A program made the translations under genes and the position numbers. Below, in pieces: positions 6,682 through 14,390 of a stretch of 24,000 nucleotides of DNA. This DNA is from an uncultured Eubacteriales bacterium. Lineage in GTDB: Bacteria > Bacillota > Clostridia > Christensenellales > UBA1242. The notes beneath the pieces are model-generated. The model had not been told where the DNA came from. It saw only the letters and a list, made by a program, of their open reading frames with translations, and ran no database searches. Numbering within the stretch: the stretch's first letter is position 1; every line of letters starts with the position of its first letter. The stretch covers positions 60,808 to 84,807 of the forward strand of contig CABSCS010000004.1 of NCBI GenBank assembly GCA_902476355.1, given 5' to 3'.

Positions 6682-8511
6682 TTATTGACCGTTTTTCTTT
6701 CTAAAATCCATTCTTCCTCTTTGAACATGGTCAAGAACAATTTTGCGAAGACGAAGGGAAATTGGAGTTACTTCCAAAAGTTCATCTTCATCAAGAAATT
6801 CAAGGCATTCTTCAAGAGTGAGTGGTTTCACAGGTTCAAGACGAAGTGCTTCGTCTGATGCAGAAGAACGAATGTTTGTGAGTTGTTTTTTCTTGCAAAC
6901 GTTCACAACAATGTCTTCATGTTTTGGGTTGATTCCAACAATCATTCCGCCATAAACGCGAGTTCCTGGGGTGATGAGAAGTTTTCCACGCTCTTGGGCA
7001 TTGTAAAGACCATATTGAATTGCGTCGCCAGTTTCATAGGCAACAAGTGCACCGAAGTTGCGGTGTTGAATGTCACCTTTATATGGTTGATAACTGTCGA
7101 ACACACTGCTCATTACGCCTTCACCACGAGTGTCGGTCAAGAATTGGTTTTTATATCCAAAAAGTCCACGAGCAGGAATCAAAAATTCAAGACGGATTCG
7201 GCTTCCTATGTTTGTCATTGAAACAAGGTCGCCTTTTCTTGAACCAATTGTTCCCATAACTGCGCCAACGCTTTCTTCTGGAACGTCGATAGTAAGGCGG
7301 TCGATTGGCTCGCATTTCACGCCGTCAATTTCCTTATAGATAACTTTTGGCATTGAAACTTGAAATTCAAGACCATCACGGCGCATGTTTTCAATCAAAA
7401 TTGAAATGTGCATTTCTCCACGACCAAGAACACGGAAAGTGTCGGCACTGCTAGTTTCGAAAACTTTGAGTGAAAGGTCTTTAACGGCTTCTTTCATAAG
7501 GCGGTCGCGAAGATGACGGCTGGTTGAATATTTGCCTTCGGTTCCTGCAAATGGGCTGTTGTTTACAGAAAATTCCATTTCAACACTTGGTTCACTGATT
7601 TTTACGAACTCAACAGCAACTGGATTTTCTTTTTCGGTGATTGTGTCTCCAATTGTAATTTGGTCGGAACCAGACAAGCACACAATGTCTCCAATTGTTG
7701 CAGAGGTGTATGGAACTCTTTTAAGTCCTTCATGTTGGAAAAGGTTTGTGATTCTGAATTGGAATCTGCGAGCAGGGTCGAAATAGTTTACAACTGTAAC
7801 AGTGTCGCCAACTTTAACAGTTCCTTGTTCAATTTTTCCGACAGCAAGTTTTCCAAGAAAGTCGTTTTGTTCGCAAGATGAAACAAGCATCTGGAAGGGT
7901 TTAGATTCGTCACCTTGTGGGGCAGGAATGTGTTCTACAATTGTTTCGAAAAGTGGTTTAAGGTCGGTTCCTTGTTTGTCTGGGTCAAGCGATGCAATTC
8001 CAAGACGAGCAGAACAGAACACAAATGGGCTGTCAAGTTGTTCGTCTGATGCACCAAGATCCATCAAAAGTTCCAAAACCTCATCAACAACTTCTTTAAC
8101 TCTTGCGTCTTTACGGTCGATTTTGTTTACAACAACAACAACTTTCAAATTAAGGTCAAGTGCTTTTGACAAAACAAAACGAGTTTGAGGCATTGTTCCT
8201 TCAAATGCGTCAACAACGAGCAAAACGCCATCTACCATTTTCAAAACACGTTCAACCTCTCCGCCAAAGTCTGCGTGACCTGGGGTGTCGATAACGTTGA
8301 TTTTAACATCGTTATACATGCAAGCAGCGTTCTTTGAAAGAATTGTGATTCCACGTTCACGTTCAAGAGCGTTCGAGTCCATTACGCGGTCTTCAACTTG
8401 TTGGTTTTCACGGAAAACCCCGCCTTGTTTCAACATTTCGTTGACAAGAGATGTTTTGCCGTGGTCAACATGGGCAATGATAGCAACATTTCGGATTTTA
8501 TTATTTATCAT
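6682..8511 (-). CDS. typA: Translational GTPase TypA/BipA
   Basis: IRNVAIIAHVDHGKTSLV (G1), DTPGHADFGGEVER (G3), NKIDR (G4), and the 609-aa length with EF-G-like domains and the BipA C-terminal region. Confidence 0.95.
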   Translation of the reverse strand: MINNKIRNVAIIAHVDHGKTSLVNEMLKQGGVFRENQQVEDRVMDSNALERERGITILSKNAACMYNDVKINVIDTPGHADFGGEVERVLKMVDGVLLVVDAFEGTMPQTRFVLSKALDLNLKVVVVVNKIDRKDARVKEVVDEVLELLMDLGASDEQLDSPFVFCSARLGIASLDPDKQGTDLKPLFETIVEHIPAPQGDESKPFQMLVSSCEQNDFLGKLAVGKIEQGTVKVGDTVTVVNYFDPARRFQFRITNLFQHEGLKRVPYTSATIGDIVCLSGSDQITIGDTITEKENPVAVEFVKISEPSVEMEFSVNNSPFAGTEGKYSTSRHLRDRLMKEAVKDLSLKVFETSSADTFRVLGRGEMHISILIENMRRDGLEFQVSMPKVIYKEIDGVKCEPIDRLTIDVPEESVGAVMGTIGSRKGDLVSMTNIGSRIRLEFLIPARGLFGYKNQFLTDTRGEGVMSSVFDSYQPYKGDIQHRNFGALVAYETGDAIQYGLYNAQERGKLLITPGTRVYGGMIVGINPKHEDIVVNVCKKKQLTNIRSSASDEALRLEPVKPLTLEECLEFLDEDELLEVTPISLRLRKIVLDHVQRGRMDFRKKNGQ

Positions 8512-8550
8512 ATTTTTTCACCTGTGAATTTAGATTTTATTATAATATTT

Positions 8551-8579
8551 ATTATATATTATTTTACAATACGAGTCAA
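8551..8579 (-). promoter_or_regulatory. Sigma-A-type promoter of typA
   Basis: On the minus strand: TTGACT (plus 8574-8579), 17-nt spacer, TATAAT (plus 8551-8556). Confidence 0.6.
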
Positions 8580-8610
8580 AAGTATAATTTATTTTGTAAA
8601 AAAGTCAATA

Positions 8611-8640
8611 GAAAAAGTGGATTTTTGATCCACTTTTCAT
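8611..8640 (-). terminator. Terminator of the CNNM/CorC gene (hairpin usable on both strands)
   Basis: AAAAGTGGAT / TTTTG / ATCCACTTTT (8613-8637), with T-rich flanks on both strands. Confidence 0.6.
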
Positions 8641-8659
8641 ATTTTTTTGATTTTCAGAT

Positions 8660-10072
8660 TTAGTTTTCTTCGGTTGAAGATTCATCTTTTTTGTTTTCAA
8701 TTGGCTCGCCATTGGTTCCGCGAGTAACGTCAAGTTCAAGTTCAACAATTCTTCTTTCGTCCATTTTGGTAATGGTGAAGTTGAGAACAGTGATTGTTTG
8801 AACATAGTCGTTGTGTTCGTTTAAAATGTCATCAATTGCGGTTACGGTATATTTTGCACCAACCTCTGGAAGAGTTTCTGAAAGTTCATAGAGCATTCCT
8901 CCAACAGAAGAATAGTTGGTTTCTGGAAGGTGCTCAATTTCAAGATAGTCATAAAGGTCTTCAACGCTGGTTTCAGGGTCGACGATATATTTGTTTTCGT
9001 CAATTTTTGTGATTGGAGTTTTTGTTGGCTCTTCGTCGTCGTGTTCATCATAAATTTCACCAACAACTTCTTCAATTGCGTCTTCCATTGAAACAATTCC
9101 GCTTGTTCCGCCATATTCGTCAAGAACAATAAGAAGATGTTTTTTCTCTTTTTGCATCAAACGGATAACATCGTCAACCTTCATGGTTTCAGTAACGAAA
9201 CATGGGGTTGTCATAATGTCTCTGATAACAATTTCCTCGTTTTTGAGATATTTTATCATGAAGTCTTTTTGGTTCAAAACACCAATAATGTTGTCTTTAT
9301 CATTTTCATAAACAGGTATTCTTGAATATTGGTGTTCAATGAAAAGTTCTTTCACAGTGTCAAGCGAATCGCTTACAGAAACGGCAATCATGTCTACCCT
9401 TGGGGTCATGATGTCATAAACTGTCATGGTTTTAATGTCGATTGCGCCTTGCAAAATGTCGGCTTCGTCATTATCAATAACGCCTTCTTCGTTCATTGTG
9501 TCGATGATGCTTTCAAGTTCATCTTCTGTGACGGTTGGGGCGTCATTTTTTTGTTTTCTTGTTGCAAGTTTTTGAAGTCCACCAAAAACAAAAGTGATTG
9601 GTGTTAAAACTTTCATGAGGAAATATAAAAATCCACTGAATGTTAAAGCAACTTTGTCTGGGTTTGCTTTTGAAATAGATTTTGGCAAAATTTCACCAAA
9701 AATAAGAATTATAATTGTCATTATAACAGTGTTCAAAAAGTTTGAAAGAGTAGGGTTCAAAATAAATTTTGAGAACAAGTATGCACAAATTGTTGTTGAA
9801 GCAATGTTCACAAGGTTGTTTCCAACCAAAATTGTTGAAAGTGCTTTGTCTGAATGTTCACAAACATAAATTGCTCTTCTTGCACCTTTTTTCTTTTCGT
9901 CGGCATATGAACGAAGACGAAGCATGTTGGCTTTTGTGAAAGCGGTTTCACTTGCCGAAAAGAATGCTGAAAAAACAATCAGAATGATAACGCCAACAAT
10001 GGCAAGTGCATCTGGCCAACCAAAAGATGGAGTCGCAGATGAAATTAAAAAGAATATACCCGAGGGGTCCAT
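8660..10072 (-). CDS. CNNM/DUF21-CBS-CorC_HlyC family protein (hemolysin-like putative divalent-cation transporter)
   Basis: N-terminal TM domain with SASETAF and GEILPKS, a CBS pair, and a C-terminal CorC/HlyC domain. AAGGAG SD. Acidic tail ...[10 protein letters not shown]. Confidence 0.9.
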   Translation of the reverse strand: MDPSGIFFLISSATPSFGWPDALAIVGVIILIVFSAFFSASETAFTKANMLRLRSYADEKKKGARRAIYVCEHSDKALSTILVGNNLVNIASTTICAYLFSKFILNPTLSNFLNTVIMTIIILIFGEILPKSISKANPDKVALTFSGFLYFLMKVLTPITFVFGGLQKLATRKQKNDAPTVTEDELESIIDTMNEEGVIDNDEADILQGAIDIKTMTVYDIMTPRVDMIAVSVSDSLDTVKELFIEHQYSRIPVYENDKDNIIGVLNQKDFMIKYLKNEEIVIRDIMTTPCFVTETMKVDDVIRLMQKEKKHLLIVLDEYGGTSGIVSMEDAIEEVVGEIYDEHDDEEPTKTPITKIDENKYIVDPETSVEDLYDYLEIEHLPETNYSSVGGMLYELSETLPEVGAKYTVTAIDDILNEHNDYVQTITVLNFTITKMDERRIVELELDVTRGTNGEPIENKKDESSTEEN

Positions 10073-10106
10073 TTATTTTTTTACTCCTTAAATGAATAGT
10101 ATGGGT

Positions 10107-10135
10107 ATTATAGCATATGTTTTTGGTTTTGTAAA
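10107..10135 (-). promoter_or_regulatory. Sigma-A-type promoter of the CNNM/CorC gene
   Basis: On the minus strand: TTTACA (plus 10130-10135), 17-nt spacer, TGcTATAAT (TATAAT = plus 10107-10112). Confidence 0.55.
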
Positions 10136-10195
10136 TAGTTTAACACATATGTGTACGGTTGAAAAAATTTGAAATGTTTGCATTTTGCAATTTTG

Positions 10196-10224
10196 TTGCA
10201 CTTTTAAGGCATGTGTGATAAAAT
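10196..10224 (+). promoter_or_regulatory. Sigma-A-type promoter of rsmF-like gene; -10 ends 6 nt before the ATG (probable leaderless mRNA)
   Basis: TTGCAC (10196-10201), 17-nt spacer, TGaTAAAAT (TAAAAT = 10219-10224), CAAATC, then ATG 10231. No SD is present. Confidence 0.5.
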
Positions 10225-10230
10225 CAAATC

Positions 10231-11586
10231 ATGAAAAATTTTCCAGAACAATTTGAAGAAAACATGAAGGCTTTGCTTGGCAAAGATTTTGAAAAATATG
10301 AGCAAAGCATGCAAATGCCAGCAAAGCGTGGCTTGCGCGCAAATAAAAATTATATTGATGCAAAAACCTTTTGCAATCTTTTTCCATATGATGCAAAAAA
10401 CATTCTTGGCGAAGACAATTTGTTTTGTCTTGAATCTGACGAGAAAATTGGAAACACGGTTTTCCACCATGCGGGGATGATATATTTGCAAGAGCCTTCA
10501 AGCATGCTTGCAGTTTTGGCACTTGAACCACAAGATGGCGAAAACATTCTTGACCTTTGTTCTGCTCCTGGTGGAAAAACGGGACAGATTTTGGAAAAAG
10601 ACAAAACAGGCATTGTTATTTCAAACGAAATTGTTCGCCCAAGAGCAAATGTTTTGCTTTCAAACATTGAAAGACAAGGTTTCAAAAATAGCATGGTTAC
10701 AAGTCTTGCACCCGAAACACTTTCTGGGCTTTTGCCAAACTTTTTTGATAAGATTTTGGTTGATGCTCCTTGTTCGGGAGAGGGAATGTTCAGAAAAGAA
10801 CCTGAAACAGTTTCAGAGTGGAACGCAGGGCTTCCACAGTTCAACCACGAGCGTCAAATGCAAATTTTGAAAGACGCTGACAAAATGCTCAAAGAAAACG
10901 GAACTCTTGTCTATTCAACTTGCACTTTCAACACAAAAGAAGATGAAGAAACAGCATCACTGTTTGCAAAACAATATGGCTATGAAATTGTTTCGCTTCC
11001 TGAAAATGTGCAAAGTGTTACAATGCCAGCAAAAGATATGAATGGCGAAAAAACTTCACTTGCAAGAAAGTGTTTACCTTTTGGAAATTTTGGAGAAGGG
11101 CAGTTTGTTTGCAAAATGATAAAACGCTCAAAGAACAATGCAGAACCAGTAAGACAAAACAAGGTTCAAGGCATAAGCAAAAGCGAAACTGAACTTGCAA
11201 AACAACTTTTGAAAAGCACAATTGGTGACGATGATTTCTATTTTTATAAATTTGGCGAAAATGTGTATATAAGCAAGGTTCCACTTCGTGTTCTTCCTTT
11301 TGGTGTTGTTTCAATTGGTGTTTGCCTTGGCGAACTGAAAAAAGGAAGAATTGAGCCTGCTCATCAATTTTTCAAAGCATATGGAAACCAGTTTAAAAAC
11401 AAAATCAATCTTGAAATTGACAGCCCTCTTCTTTCACGATATTTGCTTGGAAACGAGATTGATTGTGACAAGGAAAATGGCTATGTTTGCATTTTGTGCA
11501 CTGGTGTTCCAGTTGGCGGGGGAAAGGTTGTTTCTGGCAAAGTGAAAAACTATTATCCAAAAGGATTGAGAGGTTCAGTCCGTTAG
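10231..11586 (+). CDS. rsmF: RsmB/RsmF-family 16S rRNA (cytosine-C5)-methyltransferase with RsmF-type C-terminal domains
   Basis: LDLCSAPGGKT (SAM motif I), DAPCSGEGMFRK (motif IV Cys) and YSTCTF (motif VI Cys). The N-terminal layout parallels E. coli RsmF/YebU. Confidence 0.85.
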   Translation: MKNFPEQFEENMKALLGKDFEKYEQSMQMPAKRGLRANKNYIDAKTFCNLFPYDAKNILGEDNLFCLESDEKIGNTVFHHAGMIYLQEPSSMLAVLALEPQDGENILDLCSAPGGKTGQILEKDKTGIVISNEIVRPRANVLLSNIERQGFKNSMVTSLAPETLSGLLPNFFDKILVDAPCSGEGMFRKEPETVSEWNAGLPQFNHERQMQILKDADKMLKENGTLVYSTCTFNTKEDEETASLFAKQYGYEIVSLPENVQSVTMPAKDMNGEKTSLARKCLPFGNFGEGQFVCKMIKRSKNNAEPVRQNKVQGISKSETELAKQLLKSTIGDDDFYFYKFGENVYISKVPLRVLPFGVVSIGVCLGELKKGRIEPAHQFFKAYGNQFKNKINLEIDSPLLSRYLLGNEIDCDKENGYVCILCTGVPVGGGKVVSGKVKNYYPKGLRGSVR

Positions 11587-11666
11587 ATGTTTAAAATGGA
11601 AAATTAAATCATATTATATATAAATCAATAAAATAAAAAACTGTTGAAAGAAAATTGCCAAAAATG

Positions 11667-11694
11667 TTGACAAAAATGTTTTTTGGTGTATAAT
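11667..11694 (+). promoter_or_regulatory. Strong consensus promoter of the rplJL operon
   Basis: TTGACA (11667-11672), 16-nt spacer, TATAAT (11689-11694), with an A/T-rich UP-like region upstream. Confidence 0.7.
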
Positions 11695-11699
11695 TACTT

Positions 11700-11816
11700 T
11701 CGTAAATAAAAAATTCGTGCCAAAGACAGTAAGTGGCGAACGCCTTAATTTCTTACCGAGGAACAGAAAAAAGAGATTGCTATCCCTTGTGTTGTTCCCA
11801 GCGCAAGGGTTTTTTA
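11700..11816 (+). promoter_or_regulatory. Ribosomal protein L10 leader (autoregulatory attenuator upstream of rplJ)
   Basis: A ~150-nt untranslated leader between the promoter and rplJ, ending in the hairpin CCCTTGTG...CGCAAGGG (11784-11809) plus TTTTTT. Position and architecture match the Firmicute L10-leader class. The track ORF starting at 11717 is this leader read through. Confidence 0.6.
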
Positions 11817-11851
11817 TTTCCACTTCACACGAAAATAGAGGAGGAAATATA

Positions 11852-12343
11852 ATGTCAGCTAATTTTGAAAGTAAGAAAGTTGTTGTTGAAGAAATCAAGA
11901 ATCTTGCAAAAGATGCTTCATCAATCGTTCTTGTTGATTATAAAGGCTTGACAGTTGCTCAAGTTTCTGAACTCAGAAGAGCATTCAGAGACGCTGGTGC
12001 AACCTATAAAGTTTACAAGAACAGACTCATGAAAATTGCATTTGAAGAACTTGGCATCAAATTTGATGATAATCTTCTTGAAGGCACAACTGCTGTTGCG
12101 TTCCATAATTCAGACCCTATTGCTCCTGCTAAAATTGCGGTTGATGGAGAGAAAAAGTATAAAGTTTTGAAAGTTAAGGCTGCATGGTTCGAAGGAAAAC
12201 AACTTCTTGCAGACGAAACAAAGAAACTTGCTGCTATCCCATCAAAGGAAGTTTTGGTGGCTCAATTGCTTGGAATGCTTACAATGCCTATGCGTGGGCT
12301 TGCTGTTGCTTTGAAGCAAATCGCAGAAAAAAACGCACAATAA
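11852..12343 (+). CDS. rplJ: 50S ribosomal protein L10
   Basis: AGAGGAGGA SD, then ATG 11852. ...IVLVDYKGLTVAQVSELRRAFRDAGATYKVYKNRLM... is typical of L10. Confidence 0.95.
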   Translation: MSANFESKKVVVEEIKNLAKDASSIVLVDYKGLTVAQVSELRRAFRDAGATYKVYKNRLMKIAFEELGIKFDDNLLEGTTAVAFHNSDPIAPAKIAVDGEKKYKVLKVKAAWFEGKQLLADETKKLAAIPSKEVLVAQLLGMLTMPMRGLAVALKQIAEKNAQ

Positions 12344-12388
12344 TTTAAAAAAAAGAAAAATTCATTTTATTTAAGGAGAAAAATTAAA

Positions 12389-12766
12389 ATGGCAGATATC
12401 AAAAAATTTATCGAAGAAATCAAAGGTCTTTCAGTTGTTGAACTTAACGACCTTGTAAAAGCTCTTGAAGAAGAGTTTGGTGTTAGCGCTGCTGCAATGG
12501 CAGTTGCTGCTCCTGCTGCAGGTGCTGGTGCTGATGCTCCTGCTGCTGAAGAAAAAACAGAATTTGACGTTATTTTGAAAGACGTTGGTGCTAACAAAAT
12601 TAACGTTATCAAAGTTGTTAGAGAGATCACAGGTCTTGGACTTTCAGAATCTAAGGCTTTGGTTGAAACTCCAAACGCTAAAATTAAAGAAAACGTTGCA
12701 AAAGACGCTGCTAATGAAATGGTTGAAAAATTCAAAGCTGCTGGTGCAACTGCAGAATTGAAATAA
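12389..12766 (+). CDS. rplL: 50S ribosomal protein L7/L12
   Basis: [40 protein letters not shown], an Ala/Pro hinge, and ...[20 protein letters not shown].... Confidence 0.97.
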   Translation: MADIKKFIEEIKGLSVVELNDLVKALEEEFGVSAAAMAVAAPAAGAGADAPAAEEKTEFDVILKDVGANKINVIKVVREITGLGLSESKALVETPNAKIKENVAKDAANEMVEKFKAAGATAELK

Positions 12767-12804
12767 TCTATCAAAACTGTAAAATCGCTTATGTGTGAAG
12801 GAAT

Positions 12805-12834
12805 CAGGAAAGAGCAATCTTTCCTGTTTTTTTT
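12805..12834 (+). terminator. Rho-independent terminator after rplL
   Basis: CAGGAAAGA (12805-12813) / GCAA / TCTTTCCTG (12818-12826), followed by T8. Confidence 0.85.
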
Positions 12835-12882
12835 ATGCAATTTTTGCAGCCACGTGATAAATTGCCTCAAAAAAAATCAATA

Positions 12883-12911
12883 TTGCAAAATTTGACAAGG
12901 TGTGGTATAAT
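12883..12911 (+). promoter_or_regulatory. Sigma-A-type promoter of the Fic-like gene
   Basis: TTGCAA (12883-12888), 17-nt spacer, TGgTATAAT (12903-12911). GGAGG at 12926-12930 lies 8 nt before ATG 12939. Confidence 0.55.
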
Positions 12912-12938
12912 ATAATCATAAATATGGAGGAAAAATCA

Positions 12939-13937
12939 ATGGGAGAATGGCTTACTCTTCAAACTGACATGTCGCCATATCGCTGTGACAAAGAAAAGGT
13001 GAGTGACAGTTTGCAACAAATTGATGATAAACTTAAAAAATTTTATGATTATTGCGAAATTCATCCTCGCTTTAAAGAAGAAATGTTTTCAAAGCAGGCA
13101 CAAGAACGTCGTTCGCGTGAAACAGCAATGGCTTTTCTTGGAATTGAAAAACCAATCACTCTTGATCCAACCTCTTCTTTCACAAAGAGCGAAGCAGAAC
13201 AAGAAATTGAAAAACTCAAAATCCGTAAACTTTTGGCATATGCTGATGCCAGCCAATATATGAAAGACATTTTGCATTCACAGGCGCCATATCTTGACCA
13301 ATCTGTTTGTTTAAGAGCACACGCAACAATGTGTCAAGGCGAAGAAGACAAACACTTGATTGTTCGCTATGAGCGTTTCCGTGACGAGTCTGACCCACTT
13401 ATCATTGTTGGTCAAGGTTATTTCAACCCTGTTGAAGGCGAACTTGTTCGCCCAAGAATGGATTTGCTTTTCAGAAAATATTATGGCGAATGGTTCAATG
13501 ACCATCCAATTATAAAAGGCGCAAAGTTCTTGACCGAGTATTACAGAATCCAACCACACATGGATGGAAACAAAAGAATGGCGCTTTTGTGCTTGAACTT
13601 CATTTTGCAAAAAGATGGCTATGCCGATGTTCGTTTCAACAACGGAAGCAAAGAAAAATTGTTTGATGCACTCAAAACTGCTGTTCTCACACATGACGTG
13701 ACCGACCTTGTGCTTACAATTGCAGAAAAAGAAAATGAGCGCTCAGACCAATGGCTTGAAGAACTCATTGACTATCGACTTCGTATTCGTGAAGAAGACG
13801 AGCCAGACAAAGTTAATCTTTCATTTGTTCCTCAAAGCGAAGCAATGCAAAAAGAAGCAGAGCAAAATGCAAAGAAAGCAGAAGAAAAACAAGAACAAAT
13901 CGAAAATAATGGCGAAGAAGAACCAGAATCAAAATAA
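12939..13937 (+). CDS. Fic/Doc (Fido)-fold protein with non-canonical active-site motif QPHMDGNKR, 332 aa, acidic tail ...NNGEEEPESK*
   Basis: HPIIKGAKFLTEYYRIQPHMDGNKRMALLCLNFILQKDGY aligns by eye with the Fic core hPh..A...H..h..IHPFxDGNGRxxRhh.n..L. The motif is encoded at 13551-13577. Start chosen at the SD-preceded ATG 12939; the track starts at 12900, inside the promoter. Confidence 0.8.
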   Translation: MGEWLTLQTDMSPYRCDKEKVSDSLQQIDDKLKKFYDYCEIHPRFKEEMFSKQAQERRSRETAMAFLGIEKPITLDPTSSFTKSEAEQEIEKLKIRKLLAYADASQYMKDILHSQAPYLDQSVCLRAHATMCQGEEDKHLIVRYERFRDESDPLIIVGQGYFNPVEGELVRPRMDLLFRKYYGEWFNDHPIIKGAKFLTEYYRIQPHMDGNKRMALLCLNFILQKDGYADVRFNNGSKEKLFDALKTAVLTHDVTDLVLTIAEKENERSDQWLEELIDYRLRIREEDEPDKVNLSFVPQSEAMQKEAEQNAKKAEEKQEQIENNGEEEPESK

Positions 13938-13940
13938 AAC

Positions 13941-13968
13941 AAAACCACCAAGAAATTGGTGGTTTTTT
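13941..13968. terminator. Bidirectional terminator (ACCACCAA/TTGGTGGT family) shared by the convergent Fic-like and Cys-rich genes
   Basis: AAAACCACCAA / GAAA / TTGGTGGTTTTTT, with an A-run upstream that gives a T-run on the minus strand. Confidence 0.8.
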
Positions 13969-13985
13969 AATGAAAAATATATAAA

Positions 13986-14282
13986 CTATTTTGGCATAAA
14001 GGTGCAGCACTCGGGTTCTTGATTGTTTGTCATCACCGAAATGCCGTTTGCTTTGCAACAGCAATTGTCGTTGAAAAGGCAACAAGCGTCGCACGCAACT
14101 TTAATGTTTTTTCGTGTTGGGGGCTGAACAATTTTGTCCTCTTTGCTCTCTTTGCTGATTTCTTTTTTTGATGGTTTATATGTTTCACATTCGGTCATTT
14201 TTCCAACTTTAACATTATTTGCTGTACAGTTGCAATTTTCATTATAAACGCAACCAACCCTTTTGCATTTTAAATCGTACAT
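13986..14282 (-). CDS. Cys-rich small protein with two DUF1540-like 4-Cys modules, 98 aa
   Basis: AAAAGGAGGAAAAAT SD directly before ATG (plus 14282). Module 1 is KCKRVGCVYNENCNCTANNVKVGKMTECETYKP and module 2 is VACDACCLFNDNCCCKANGISVMTNNQEPECCTFMPK. Both fit the C-x2/3-C-x-(Y/F)N-x3-C-x-A-x2-(V/I)-x-V...E-x-C-x-T-(Y/F) pattern of Firmicute DUF1540. Confidence 0.75.
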   Translation of the reverse strand: MYDLKCKRVGCVYNENCNCTANNVKVGKMTECETYKPSKKEISKESKEDKIVQPPTRKNIKVACDACCLFNDNCCCKANGISVMTNNQEPECCTFMPK

Positions 14283-14340
14283 ATTTTTCCTCCTTTTAAT
14301 TTTAATTGTTTCCAATTTTTGAAAGACTATTCATTTTTGT

Positions 14341-14369
14341 TTGATAGTTTGTTTTGTTTTTGTTATAAT
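14341..14369 (+). promoter_or_regulatory. Sigma-A-type promoter of the P-loop gene
   Basis: TTGATA (14341-14346), 17-nt spacer, TGtTATAAT (14361-14369). GGTGAGG SD before ATG 14391. Confidence 0.65.
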
Positions 14370-14390
14370 CGAAAAACAAGGTGAGGAAAA

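Noticed and set aside
6676-8527. About ten plus-strand ORFs of 60-128 aa listed across this interval
   Set aside because: All are antisense to the strongly supported typA gene, have no SD or promoter, and show Ser/Arg/Cys-rich shadow-frame composition. They are artefacts of a long gene on the opposite strand.
11717-11851. 45-codon N-terminal extension of the rplJ ORF in the track
   Set aside because: This region contains the attenuator hairpin and T-run of the L10 leader, and the strong SD (AGAGGAGGA) sits just before ATG 11852. It is untranslated leader, not coding sequence.
12367-12870. 167-aa minus-strand ORF rich in Ala/Ser
   Set aside because: It is an exact antisense shadow of rplL (the Ala-rich hinge gives GCN/NGC codons on both strands), and it also crosses the rplL terminator.
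12892-12897. Consensus TTGACA just upstream of the Fic-like gene
   Set aside because: It lies only 8 nt from the TATAAT at 12906-12911, which is the wrong spacing. TTGCAA at 12883-12888 with a 17-nt spacer is the plausible -35.
12767-13937. Idea that a Doc-like protein placed directly after rplJL implies a translation-factor target (Doc phosphorylates EF-Tu)
   Set aside because: This is pure guilt by association. A strong terminator and a separate promoter separate the genes, and nothing in the sequence speaks to the target.
13708-14022. 104-aa Lys-rich plus-strand ORF overlapping the Fic-like tail
   Set aside because: It is an off-frame reading of the A/G-rich tail-coding region that continues through the bidirectional terminator. 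It is a compositional artefact.
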